Source: an uncultured Bryobacteraceae bacterium
GTDB lineage: Bacteria; Acidobacteriota; Terriglobia; Bryobacterales; Bryobacteraceae
Assembly (NCBI GenBank): GCA_964247975.1
Contig: CAXTWH010000021.1
Span: forward strand, 20,316-84,315
DNA length: 64,000 bases
Direction of reading: 5' to 3'
Part shown: positions 1 through 9,502 of the stretch, in pieces
Numbering within the stretch: position 1 is the stretch's first letter
Layout of the letters: every line of letters begins with the position of its first letter
Made by a program: the position numbers and the translations under genes
The notes under the pieces: generated by a model
Database searches by the model: none
What the model was told of the DNA's origin: nothing
What the model saw: the letters and a program-made list of their open reading frames with translations, nothing else

Positions 1-845
1 TCGTTTAAATAGTCTCGGAGACCCAGCACAATCAGCTTGGGATTTAATTCTTTGCCGGTGTTGTTGGCCGGGCAGTGTTCGGTGCAGCGGCCGCATTCCA
101 CGCAGGAATAAGCTTGCAGCGCAGTTAATTGGCTGATGTCTTTTCCCGTATTTAGCCCAAAATCTTCGTCGCCTGCGAGCGGCGGAATCTGGCTAAATCC
201 GTTGCGCTTCAGAAAAATGGTAAGAGGACTCAAAACCAGGTGCAGGTGCTTGGTATGCGGAATCAAAGGCAGGAACAGCAGTAGAGCCGCCGTATGAATC
301 CACCAAAACCAATGTCCGGCGGGAGTCTGTTCCGGGTACCACCATCCTGGAATAAAGGTCAACATTAAAACCAGGATTAAACCGGCAATTACTCCCGATT
401 CATAGGAGAGCGGCTCCAACCATTTTGGCTTGATGATGAAACGGCGGATGAAAAGGCCGGTAATGCTTATTACCACCAGAACAGCAAAGAAAAAGGCAAA
501 CCACCAATAAATCAAGCCGATGCCTTGTTGGCGGTGCAGTAAGGAAAATCCGAAGCCAGTAGCGGCATGATTTAGCGTCACCAAAATAAATGCCCCAAAC
601 CCCCAGAACACAAAGGCATGCGCCAAACCGGGTAGAGGCCGTTGAGAGATCACTTTGGTTTGCAGCAGCACTTCGGTAAAAAGGCGCCAGATTCTGGACC
701 CGATGGGATGAAGCTTAAAATCAGAATCGCGTTTTGCCTTTCGAATACGTTTCAACACCGGCCAGAATCGGTGAAGAAACAGCCCACAGGAGACGATAAG
801 AAAGATAGAGAAGACGAGGCGTTCAGCAGCGCTTAAAAATAACAT
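1..845 (-). CDS. Membrane-anchored (Fe-S)-binding oxidoreductase (FadF / heterodisulfide-reductase-like), 3' end runs out of the window
   Basis: Not in the ORF track. Manual translation from ATG at 845 gives MLFLSAAERLVFSIFLIVSCGLF... with several hydrophobic helices (AHAFVFWGF), then the ferredoxin-type motif YSCVECGRCTEHCPANNTGKELNPK near 40-110. Confidence 0.85.
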   Translation of the reverse strand, partial: MLFLSAAERLVFSIFLIVSCGLFLHRFWPVLKRIRKAKRDSDFKLHPIGSRIWRLFTEVLLQTKVISQRPLPGLAHAFVFWGFGAFILVTLNHAATGFGFSLLHRQQGIGLIYWWFAFFFAVLVVISITGLFIRRFIIKPKWLEPLSYESGVIAGLILVLMLTFIPGWWYPEQTPAGHWFWWIHTAALLLFLPLIPHTKHLHLVLSPLTIFLKRNGFSQIPPLAGDEDFGLNTGKDISQLTALQAYSCVECGRCTEHCPANNTGKELNPKLIVLGLRDYLN

Positions 846-967
846 GAGATCGGGCCTAAGTTTTAGAACTATCGGCAGTGCGGTATTCGACCGGGTTCTA
901 TAGAGTAATACTAAGGGGTTAGAAACGCTTTGACCTATCTTAGGCCAGACCGAAATGGAGCTTGTGA

Positions 968-1951
968 TTGCATAATTTGATTTCGGGAGCCGCGGGCTTC
1001 ATCGGATCGCACCTTTGCGATCGCCTGATCGCACAAGGCGACACGGTAATTGCGATTGACAATTTAATTACCGGACATGTGGAAAACATTCAGCATCTTT
1101 TCTCAAATCCGGCTTTTCAATTTGTTGAACACGACATTTGCACAAAACTCAATTTTGACAGCAAAATTGATCGGGTTTTTCATCTTGCTTCGCTGGCCAG
1201 TCCGGTAGACTACCTGGAACATCCTATTGAAACTCTGGATGTCGGTTCCATCGGAACCCGCGTCATGCTGGAAGTCGCCAAAGAACATCGGGCAAAGTTT
1301 CTTCTGACTTCGACTTCAGAATGCTACGGCGACCCGCTGGAACATCCCCAGTCGGAAACTTATTGGGGGAATGTGAACCCGGTTGGATTGCGCTCCTGTT
1401 ACGACGAAAGCAAGCGATACGCGGAAGCACTAACGATGGCGTATCACCGCAAGCACGGCTTGGCGACTACCATTGCGCGTATTTTCAATACCTATGGCCC
1501 GCGCATGGCTCTGAACGATGGTCGAGTGGTGCCGGCATTTCTGGACCAGGCGCTTCGCGGGGAAGACCTCAGCGTGTTTGGAAACGGATCGCAGACCCGC
1601 AGCTTCTGCTATGTTTCCGATCTGGTGGAAGGCTTGCTGCGCTTGATTGAATCGAGTGAACGATATCCGGTGAACCTGGGAAATCCGAACGAAATGACGA
1701 TTCTTCAATTTGCTCACTACATCCGCGATAAAGTCGGCACAAATGTAGGAATTCAGTATCGCCCACTGCCTTCCGACGATCCGAAGATTCGCCGCCCGGA
1801 CATTGCCAAAGCCAAGCGCGTTCTGGGATGGGAGCCGAAAGTTCCACTGGAACAGGGAATCGAAGAAACGGTGGTTTATTTCCGTCAACGCATTTTTCCG
1901 GTTATTTCCGAAAGTACCAAGCAGCCAATTGAAAGTACCCCGGCAGCTTAA
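968..1951 (+). CDS. UDP-glucuronate decarboxylase (UDP-xylose synthase)-like NAD-dependent epimerase/dehydratase
   Basis: GAAGFIGS Rossmann motif, [24 protein letters not shown] (YxxxK), [24 protein letters not shown] start. Confidence 0.9.
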   Translation: MHNLISGAAGFIGSHLCDRLIAQGDTVIAIDNLITGHVENIQHLFSNPAFQFVEHDICTKLNFDSKIDRVFHLASLASPVDYLEHPIETLDVGSIGTRVMLEVAKEHRAKFLLTSTSECYGDPLEHPQSETYWGNVNPVGLRSCYDESKRYAEALTMAYHRKHGLATTIARIFNTYGPRMALNDGRVVPAFLDQALRGEDLSVFGNGSQTRSFCYVSDLVEGLLRLIESSERYPVNLGNPNEMTILQFAHYIRDKVGTNVGIQYRPLPSDDPKIRRPDIAKAKRVLGWEPKVPLEQGIEETVVYFRQRIFPVISESTKQPIESTPAA

Positions 1952-2026
1952 TCGCAGTGAGCAACACGGGGGCTTACGTGAAGAAGCAAGATCTGTTTCG
2001 GTAAAGATCGTAAGCCGCTGATAAAG

Positions 2027-2533
2027 CTAAAGCGGTTTTTTGCCGGGGCCGAGCTGTTTCAAGATGCCCCCTTGCGTTGCTTTTGCCACTTTATCAATGT
2101 TTGTGCAAATCTCGCTAATCAGGATTTTCTTGCCGACCGGCAAAGCTTGATTCCAGAAATCCGGCCAGATAATCTGTTTGCCATCCAGTTGCATGGGCGT
2201 ATCTCGCATTACCGCTCGTTGCCGGACAAAAACAACATACTCTTTATTCTGTTCAAAGTCGAAACCCTCGCAATCGCCAATGGATGTCGTATCGTATACG
2301 ACCACCTCCCGTGTTTGCGGCCCCTTCCAGGTTTCTTCCACAGTAAAATGAACCGCATAAAGAGGACGCCCGCTCCGCGTTGATCGTAGCTGCTCTTTCC
2401 GAGCGGCTATTCCCCGGAAAACTGCTGCTGAATCGTTCACGGATTGGGAAACAGACGGCGACCTGCAATCGCAGCCCCAAACTTTCGTCTATGAAACAAC
2501 AAACGCCAGCAACAAACAATCAAAACAGTTCAT
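2027..2533 (-). pseudogene. Secreted TIMP/NTR-like hypothetical protein interrupted by an in-frame TAG at 2489-2491
   Basis: ATG at 2533 is in frame with track ORF 2027..2440: MNCFDCLLLAFVVS*TKVWG-CDCRSPSVSQSVNDSAAVFRG...FTVEETWKG...GDCEGFDFEQNKEYVVF. Signal-peptide-like start followed by a CxC mature N-terminus. Confidence 0.6.
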
Positions 2534-2677
2534 TGTTTTTAACTCTTATTAGCTGAGCTTGATATACCAGGCATACTAATAAATTCTCCGGGTTTTCGGA
2601 AGCTAAATACCCGCCAAACGACTCTGTTTGAAGAGGTGAACGCATCCACATGGTTCATCAAACAGAAAGGTTTACTT

Positions 2678-3583
2678 ATGAAAGCCGTTCAATTACATGG
2701 CTATGGCGGCGTTGACCGGTTGCGCTACGAAGATGTTTCAGAGCCAAAACCCAAAGCGGATGAAGTACTGGTGAAGGTATCAGCAACAAGTGTGAATCCG
2801 GTGGATTGGAAGATCCGGCAGGGCCAGATGAAAGAAAGAATGCCGGTGCAGTTTCCAGCTATTCTGGGGAGCGATGCCGCAGGAGAAGTTGTAGCCGCAG
2901 GAGATCAAGTAACAAACCTGAAACGGGGCGATAAGGTTCTGGGCATGGTTCAACATGGGTATGCGGAATTTATCGCGGCAAAAGCTTCTGTGTTTGCGCT
3001 CATACCCGCAAATCTTGATCTGCAGCGCGCAGGCGTTATTCCTTTGGTGACGCTCACCGGAACACAACTTATTGAAAAAGGAGTGAAGCCCAAAAAGGGC
3101 GAGATAGTTTTGATTACCGGCGCGTTGGGATCAGTGGGGCGGACGGCGGTTTACGTAGCGAAGCAACACGGTGCTTATGTGATTGCCGGAGTGCGGGCAA
3201 AACAAAAGAAAGAAGCTGAAGCATTGAATGCTGACCAGATTGTCGCGCTGGATGACGATCAGGAGTTGAACTCTTTACAGGAGTTGGATGCGGTTGGAGA
3301 TGCAGTAAATGGTGAAACGGCGGAGAAACTAGTTTCCAAGCTGAAAAAATCCGGAGTGTTCGCTTCGGTGTTAGGCAAGCCATCGAACCTGGAGGCGGCA
3401 GGAATCAGATTTGAACAAGTTTTTGCGCAACCTGACGCAGTGCGACTTCAACAATTAGCTCAAGACATTCAGGACGGCAAATTTGATATGCCGATTGCAG
3501 AACGTTTCAAACTCAGCGAAATACAACAAGCCCATCAGTCAGGAGAAAAGGGTGTAAGCGGAAAAATCTTATTACTTCCCTAA
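2678..3583 (+). CDS. NADP-dependent oxidoreductase (MDR / quinone oxidoreductase family)
   Basis: MKAVQLHGYGG start after GAAAGG; SVNPVDWK, ILGSDAAG, LITGALGSVG, GKILL C-terminus. Confidence 0.9.
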   Translation: MKAVQLHGYGGVDRLRYEDVSEPKPKADEVLVKVSATSVNPVDWKIRQGQMKERMPVQFPAILGSDAAGEVVAAGDQVTNLKRGDKVLGMVQHGYAEFIAAKASVFALIPANLDLQRAGVIPLVTLTGTQLIEKGVKPKKGEIVLITGALGSVGRTAVYVAKQHGAYVIAGVRAKQKKEAEALNADQIVALDDDQELNSLQELDAVGDAVNGETAEKLVSKLKKSGVFASVLGKPSNLEAAGIRFEQVFAQPDAVRLQQLAQDIQDGKFDMPIAERFKLSEIQQAHQSGEKGVSGKILLLP

Positions 3584-3601
3584 ATTTTCTTGGAAACATA
3601 A

Positions 3602-3636
3602 AAAATACGGCTTCCTTTTTAAGGAAGCCGTATTTT
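3602..3636. terminator. Bidirectional rho-independent terminator
   Basis: Perfect 16-bp inverted repeat AAAATACGGCTTCCTT-ttt-AAGGAAGCCGTATTTT between the convergent genes ending at 3583 and 3668. Confidence 0.9.
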
Positions 3637-3667
3637 CAAGCTTAAACGTTAAGCAACTTAGAGCAGC

Positions 3668-4786
3668 TTACGCTTTTCCAGTCACTTTGTTCCAGCCATA
3701 CTGGATAGAATCTTTCATTTTGTCCCAAGTGCCGCCTGGGTATTGCCGTCCATAATCTGAGCGAAGATCAGATTCCACATCGCTGAAGGATTTGCCCTTA
3801 TAACGGGGATCATTCGCCATTTTGTAACCATATTGGTAGCTTGGCGCATAAGTGTCATAACTTGCGCCGGCGATTGATCCATAACGAGTTTGGAAATCGC
3901 TGCGGAAATCGCTGTCGTCAAATGAGGAACCCAGCCCTGTTGTTCCAGGGGTGGTTGCTCCTGTTGCCGTAGCACCACCAGCGAGCTGTTCCACGTTTAC
4001 TTCAGTGTGGCGCACGGAATCCCGGATAGTTTCAGTGTGCTGCGTGGCATCTTTACCCACTACTACTTCTTCCACCACTCGCGCCTGTTTGGATACCACG
4101 GCTTCTTCGGCGTATTCTTCCACTTCAATTACCTGGTCCCGTCCTGATTGCAGGTCAGCCGCGCCTACCGGACGATTCACAGCTCGCCGTTCAATATGGA
4201 CCTTCTCTTCTTCCAGACCGATTTGTTCTTCCACCGGCTGTTCCACAATACGGGAGTAAACCCGGATGCCGCCACGCATTACGCGGCGTTTACCAACTTT
4301 TAGTTCTTCCTCAATTACTGGAATCGCTTCTGTCTGGCCGGTTTGCGCGCGAGTGGTAGTAGCCGCAGTGCCAGCAGCGGAAGCAGTTGCTCCCAAAGCC
4401 GCTCCAGTGGCAGTGGTCTGCGTAGCAGAATTTTCCCGATGCACGTCAATGGGAGAATGCCGTTCCAAGGCATCGGCAATCGACTCCAACTGATTCTCGT
4501 TCGCATCCACCGTCAGCATGACATTGCCTTGGCCGAGAGCTTGTTGATAGCCGGTATGTTCGGTTTCATCCTCGTCGCCAAACAGCGACTTAAACCATCC
4601 AGTCACGCCACCCTCATGCGCAGCAGTTCTGCTTCCTAAACCTTCTGTGGAGGAAGCAGTATTCTGTGCCGATTCTAGATAGATATCATTGCGCGGTATA
4701 CCCGCAGCTTCCAAGTCCCTCACGGCGCCCTGAGCATCGGACGCGCTTCGAAAAACAGCAATGATTGTTGATTGTGATAAAGCCAT
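3668..4786 (-). CDS. YsnF/AvaK (DUF2382) domain stress-associated protein
   Basis: IPVIEEELKVGKRRV...EEEKVHIERRAV...EEAVVSKQARVVEEVVVGK...IRDSVRHTEVNVE; N-terminal general-stress-like domain and a Tyr/Asp-rich C-terminal domain. Confidence 0.85.
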   Translation of the reverse strand: MALSQSTIIAVFRSASDAQGAVRDLEAAGIPRNDIYLESAQNTASSTEGLGSRTAAHEGGVTGWFKSLFGDEDETEHTGYQQALGQGNVMLTVDANENQLESIADALERHSPIDVHRENSATQTTATGAALGATASAAGTAATTTRAQTGQTEAIPVIEEELKVGKRRVMRGGIRVYSRIVEQPVEEQIGLEEEKVHIERRAVNRPVGAADLQSGRDQVIEVEEYAEEAVVSKQARVVEEVVVGKDATQHTETIRDSVRHTEVNVEQLAGGATATGATTPGTTGLGSSFDDSDFRSDFQTRYGSIAGASYDTYAPSYQYGYKMANDPRYKGKSFSDVESDLRSDYGRQYPGGTWDKMKDSIQYGWNKVTGKA

Positions 4787-5035
4787 CTTTAATTTCCTCC
4801 TCGCTGGTTAGCAAGTCGTTTGTAAGACGTTCCTACCTGCAAAATGCTTCGTAGAAACTGTAGGAAGTTCGAAGACAGTACTGAATCACCCTCTATAAAA
4901 TTCGGAATCGTCTGCACGCTTTGCAAGCGGAAAGAATTACAGGCGTATGAAATACGAAACAGGAAAGTATTTCCAACATGAGATGTTTCTGATAATCTTT
5001 GCGCCGGAATGTGCGATTGGCGGAATTACCCAAGT

Positions 5036-5860
5036 TCAGTTATTTCCAGCTTCCGATCCAAATTTGATGTCGGATTCAGCGCTAAACTTCTGGTAATCCT
5101 GAAACTGCATTTCATTACGAATTTTGCCGCGGCTCAGAATAGAAGTAACAGTAGCTTCCACCGGCAGAAGATAAGTTTTTGTGCCGATGACCGCTTCCTG
5201 ATAATCGATTGTGGTTGAGATTTCTTCCGTTTTAAGCATCGGTGGAATATCGTCGGCAGTTTCCGTAATACGCCAAATTTCCCCGTTGGCTGGGTCGGCC
5301 CAAACGGTTCCATGATAGCCGAGAGTGGCTTTGGCCAAGTCGCTTAAGCTAAGGCTCAGGGTGGAATTGGCTTTGTCCACCGCATAACCGAAAACCGCCA
5401 ATTTCCGGTTATGAAGCAGGTCCCACCGATTCCAGGTAAACGAGGCTTCACTGTCAGGTCCAAGCACTCGACTCAAAAGAATTCCGAATTCGCCCTCGGT
5501 CACCAGCGGAGTGCGCCAGTGTTTACGCCCTGGTTGAACAGTTTTTCCATTCACCAATTCCAGACTGCGACGCTCATGCCCTTCCGCGTAAGTCAGCTTC
5601 GAGGTGAGCTGGTCGCCTTTATGCCAACGGTTAGAGTTTTTGCCCGCTTCAAGCTGCTGGTTTGTTACCAGACATAAAAAATCAGGAAGATTGGAAACGT
5701 ACTGAGCCGCATAAGTGTGCATGGCATTCAGGAGTTTGTCCTGGTCAGATCCGCTCGGAACAGAATCCGGCAGGGTCTGCGTTTTTGCTGGAGAAACTGC
5801 TCCTAGCCAGCAGCTTGCAAACAGCAGAAAACAACCAAGCCGGTATCGGAATCTCACCAA
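5036..5860 (-). CDS. Secreted hypothetical protein (type common in acidobacteria)
   Basis: 274-aa ORF with signal peptide; YVSNLPDFLC, GEFGILL, YHGTVWADP...IWRI, DYQEAVIG...LLP, FQDYQKF. Confidence 0.7.
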   Translation of the reverse strand: MVRFRYRLGCFLLFASCWLGAVSPAKTQTLPDSVPSGSDQDKLLNAMHTYAAQYVSNLPDFLCLVTNQQLEAGKNSNRWHKGDQLTSKLTYAEGHERRSLELVNGKTVQPGRKHWRTPLVTEGEFGILLSRVLGPDSEASFTWNRWDLLHNRKLAVFGYAVDKANSTLSLSLSDLAKATLGYHGTVWADPANGEIWRITETADDIPPMLKTEEISTTIDYQEAVIGTKTYLLPVEATVTSILSRGKIRNEMQFQDYQKFSAESDIKFGSEAGNN

Positions 5861-5983
5861 TTCAAGATACTAGACCGGCGCGCAGCCATTTTCCGATCGC
5901 ATTTAGGACAATATAAAAGCTGTACCCGCCTTGTTTGCGGATTAAACACGAATCCCGAATCTAGCAAACCAAACCAAACCGAA

Positions 5984-7588
5984 ATGAAACTGAATACACA
6001 AATATTCCTGGCGGCAATTTTACTACCCCTTTCACTATGGGGGCAGGAGAAAGTTGACCTTTACACGCTGCACCGGATCCGAACCGAAGCGGCTGAACAC
6101 TCCAAAGTCATGGAAAATCTGTTCTACTTGACGGACGTGAACGGACCCCGTTTGACCAATTCGCCTTCTTTCTTCGGGGCGGCCGATTGGGTGGTGAAGC
6201 AGTTAGGGGCTTATGGAATCACGGCCAAGCAGGAAAAATGGGGGCCGTTCGGAAACAGTTGGCGGTACACAAAGTTTTATGCGGCACTCAGCGAGCCGCA
6301 GTATCAGCCGCTGATTGGCTTTCCGCTGGCTTGGAGCAAAGGCACTAACGGCCCTATTTCAGCAGAGGTGATTTATGCGCCGGTATATTCGGAAGCGGAC
6401 ATGGACAAATGGCGCGGCAAGTTGAAAGGGAAAATTGTTCTGGCCGCCAAAAGCCGTGAACTTTCAGAAATCACGCAGCCGTTAAGCCATCGCTGGACGG
6501 AAGAATCGCTGATGAAACTCGATTTGTTTCCGTTTGGCGATTCCGCGCTGCCTCGGCGCGGCGTGCCGGAAGCGTGGCAGGGTTTGAACCGCGAACAGAT
6601 TCTGGAAATCCGCAAGAAGATTAATAAATTCTTCAGCGAGGAAGGGGCAGCAGCCGTGTTCACGCCCAGCACTATCGGAGAAGGCGGCGGCACGGTGTTT
6701 GGCTCCAGTGCCGGTTCACGCGAAGCGCAGGACCCGGTTCCGCCGCCCAGCATTGTCCTTACGCCCGAACATTACAACCGCATGGCGCGATTAATTGATC
6801 ACAAGATTCCGGTGAAAGTGGACCTGGACGTAGCGGCGGAGATCCTGCCGGCGCAGGAAGCGGTGAACGTGATCGCGGAAATCCCCGGAACCACAAAAAA
6901 GGAAGAGATCGTGATGATTGGCGCGCACCTTGATTCCTGGCAGGGAGGAACCGGCGCAACAGACAACGCGGCCGGTTCGGCGGTGATGATGGAAACGATG
7001 CGGATTCTGAAAACGCTTGATTTGAAAATGCAGCGCACGGTTAGATTGGCGCTGTGGAGCGGAGAAGAGGAAGGGCTGCTCGGCTCCAAAGCCTACATCA
7101 AAGAACATTTCGGCGATCCCAAAACTATGAAATTGACAACCGAACAGGCAAAGCTGGACGCTTATTACAACCTTGATAACGGGTCCGGCAAGATTCGCGG
7201 AGTTTACCTGCAAGGCAACGATATGGCGCGGCCCATTTTTGAACAATGGCTACAGCCATTCCGCGATATGGGCGCGAATGCCCTGACTATTCGGAACACA
7301 GGCGGAACCGATCACCTGAGCTTTGACGCGGTGGGACTGCCCGGATTCCAATTCGTTCAGGATTACCTGGAATATGATACGCGGACGCACCATTCCAACA
7401 TGGATGTATATGACCGCCTTTCCCCGGACGACTTAAAGCAGGCAGCCACCATTATCGCTTCCTTTGTTTACAACACCGCTACTCGGGATGCGATGATGCC
7501 GCGCAAACCGGTGCCTGCTCCGGCACCCAATCCGGAACAGAAACCAGGCGGGAACGTGAAAGCCGTAACGGTCGCGCCCCCGGCTTAA
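5984..7588 (+). CDS. M28-family metallopeptidase with PA-like insert
   Basis: Signal peptide; GPRLTNSP, IGAHLDSW, GATDNAAG, WSGEEEGLLGS, YYNLDNG, GTDHLSF, HHSNMD. Confidence 0.9.
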   Translation: MKLNTQIFLAAILLPLSLWGQEKVDLYTLHRIRTEAAEHSKVMENLFYLTDVNGPRLTNSPSFFGAADWVVKQLGAYGITAKQEKWGPFGNSWRYTKFYAALSEPQYQPLIGFPLAWSKGTNGPISAEVIYAPVYSEADMDKWRGKLKGKIVLAAKSRELSEITQPLSHRWTEESLMKLDLFPFGDSALPRRGVPEAWQGLNREQILEIRKKINKFFSEEGAAAVFTPSTIGEGGGTVFGSSAGSREAQDPVPPPSIVLTPEHYNRMARLIDHKIPVKVDLDVAAEILPAQEAVNVIAEIPGTTKKEEIVMIGAHLDSWQGGTGATDNAAGSAVMMETMRILKTLDLKMQRTVRLALWSGEEEGLLGSKAYIKEHFGDPKTMKLTTEQAKLDAYYNLDNGSGKIRGVYLQGNDMARPIFEQWLQPFRDMGANALTIRNTGGTDHLSFDAVGLPGFQFVQDYLEYDTRTHHSNMDVYDRLSPDDLKQAATIIASFVYNTATRDAMMPRKPVPAPAPNPEQKPGGNVKAVTVAPPA

Positions 7589-7612
7589 ATTCACCTGAGA
7601 AAAGGTAAATGC

Positions 7613-8158
7613 TTGCGTCCTGCTGTTTTCTTTGATCGTGACGGCACACTGGTTGTTGATCGCGGTTACATGTCGGCTCCCGAACAAGTAGAGTTGTGGG
7701 AAGGCGCGGCGACAGCACTTCAACAACTGCATTCGGCTGGTTATCTGCTGGTGGTAATTACCAACCAATCCGGCATCGGGCGCGGATTGGTGACGGAAGC
7801 GGAAGCCGAACTGGTTGCAGAGCGGTTTCGCGCTTTATTGGCCGAAAAAGGCGTGCTGCTCGACGGAGTTTACTTCTGCCCGCACGCGCCGCAAGCCAAC
7901 TGCCTGTGCCGCAAGCCGCATCCCACGCTACTGCGCCAAGCCGCCACGGATCTCGGCATTGATCTTGAACATAGCTTTATGGTGGGAGACAAAATCACCG
8001 ATTGCGAAGCTGGCAAAGCGGCAGGCTGCCGGTCGATTTTATTTGCTCCGCAGGGCGGGACTGTTTTCGAGAAACAGGACTGCCCAGTGGCGCGGAATTT
8101 TGAAGAAGTGCTACGGATGATTGAGCGAAGTAACGACCTTTTAATAAAAATATCCTGA
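7613..8158 (+). CDS. gmhB: D-glycero-D-manno-heptose-1,7-bisphosphate phosphatase (HAD IIIA)
   Basis: FFDRDGTL, VITNQSGIGRG, CPH...CLCRKP zinc motif, MVGDKITD. Confidence 0.85.
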   Translation: MRPAVFFDRDGTLVVDRGYMSAPEQVELWEGAATALQQLHSAGYLLVVITNQSGIGRGLVTEAEAELVAERFRALLAEKGVLLDGVYFCPHAPQANCLCRKPHPTLLRQAATDLGIDLEHSFMVGDKITDCEAGKAAGCRSILFAPQGGTVFEKQDCPVARNFEEVLRMIERSNDLLIKIS

Positions 8159-8159
8159 T

Positions 8160-8308
8160 ATGTGTAGGCATCGCGCTTCTTAAAAGTACGTTCGTATTGA
8201 CGAAAACGCTCATTTACCATCCCGGACAAAATTTTCTCTCCGAATTGCTTCATCCAAAAGCGGTGGTGTAGGAGGATAACTACAAGCCCATTTTTCTACC
8301 CAGATTGC
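8160..8308 (-). pseudogene. Relic of an antitoxin + PIN-domain toxin pair
   Basis: Startless frame 8308-8210 WVEKWACSYPPTPPLLDEAIRRENFVRDGK* overlaps (ATGA) with ATG 8213 MSVFVNTNVLLRSAMPTH, a PIN-like xxDTN start with D->N. Similarity ends after about 18 codons. Confidence 0.5.
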
Positions 8309-8396
8309 TCACTAGGCCAAATTAACTTCCGTATAACGGGTGACTTCGACTAGAGCAAGTCGATAAAGTTCCGCCGACCCTGCGCTTTTCAGAACA

Positions 8397-9407
8397 TCAT
8401 TTGCATTCGACTTGGCCCAGTTCGTTGAGTTCAGCCAAAGCATCACATGCCACGGACCAAGCGGAGTCTTGCGGATAGAGTGCGCTGCGGAGATAGGCCC
8501 AGGTTAGCCGCTGGACCGTAGCCACTCGTTCGGGGCTCTCGTCCGTCGTCTCAGCCGCATCATATCCGGAAACTCCGCCGAGCAGGTGTTCTCCGCCCGT
8601 GATGGTGAGCAGGCACTTGGGGCTTAAACTCAGCCGGTAAGGATCGGCATGCCAATCCGCGCCTCGAATCGTCAGATGGGGAGAAAGGTCATTCTCGCCT
8701 ACAACCACGAGGGTTGGTGTCGTCATCTCGGCAAAGCTGGGGTGCCGGAAGAAAGGAATCCCAACCGCAAATCCGCTGAGGTCAGCACCGCCATTGCCGG
8801 GCGGTGTAAGCAGCACACCCGCTTTGATCCGGGGCTCGGCCATATTCACTTTCGTTCCGTCCTCATCAGTTAGCTGCGCACCCAGCAACATACCTGCTGT
8901 ATGCCCGCCCATGGAATGCCCGACCACAGCGATCCGGCTTCGGTCCAAGCGCTCTTTGATCTCCGGAACGGAAGCTTCGATGATGTCAAGCTGGTCGAGG
9001 ATGCGCTTCATATCCTCAACGCGGGACCGCCAAAATAAAGGTGCTCCGGGAGTTTTTGGATCGAGGCTTAGTGTCTTTGAACTCAGATGAGTGGGTTGGA
9101 TTACGGCAAAGCCGTGAGCAGCCCAAAAATGGGCGAGTGGGCCGTAGCCATTCAACGAAGATAGATTGTTCGACCTTCCCTGGCCATGCGAAAGGAGAAT
9201 AATGGGGAGCTGGTCTCCGGTCGCTGGCGCCGATATGCGCATCTGCAGATCCACAGGGCGGTCTGGAGCGGGTAGAGTCACAGGGCTGATCGAGACGACG
9301 GCCGTTGGCTGGCAGACCGGCAACGCCTTTGCTTTGGCGATCAAGGCGTGATCCTGTACATCTCGTGACGAAATTTTGTCGGCTGTATCGAATCTCTTGT
9401 CGGGCAT
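8397..9407 (-). CDS. Alpha/beta hydrolase (chlorophyllase / PAF-acetylhydrolase-like)
   Basis: Start moved to ATG 9407 behind AAGGAG, which removes the overlap with the SDR. LLSHGQG, VVGHSMGG nucleophile elbow, GEHLLGG. Confidence 0.85.
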   Translation of the reverse strand: MPDKRFDTADKISSRDVQDHALIAKAKALPVCQPTAVVSISPVTLPAPDRPVDLQMRISAPATGDQLPIILLSHGQGRSNNLSSLNGYGPLAHFWAAHGFAVIQPTHLSSKTLSLDPKTPGAPLFWRSRVEDMKRILDQLDIIEASVPEIKERLDRSRIAVVGHSMGGHTAGMLLGAQLTDEDGTKVNMAEPRIKAGVLLTPPGNGGADLSGFAVGIPFFRHPSFAEMTTPTLVVVGENDLSPHLTIRGADWHADPYRLSLSPKCLLTITGGEHLLGGVSGYDAAETTDESPERVATVQRLTWAYLRSALYPQDSAWSVACDALAELNELGQVECK

Positions 9408-9502
9408 ATCTACTCTCCTTATTAGGATGGGACTGACATCCTGATAGCTGTTGCGAACTCTTGGCACGGTCAGGGCATCGCCGCTGGAATTAAGCCCAAC
9501 CT

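Noticed and set aside
5966-5980. (AAACC)3 tandem repeat just before the M28 start codon as a phase-variation tract
   Set aside because: Only three units, outside the coding sequence; more simply an A-rich translation leader.
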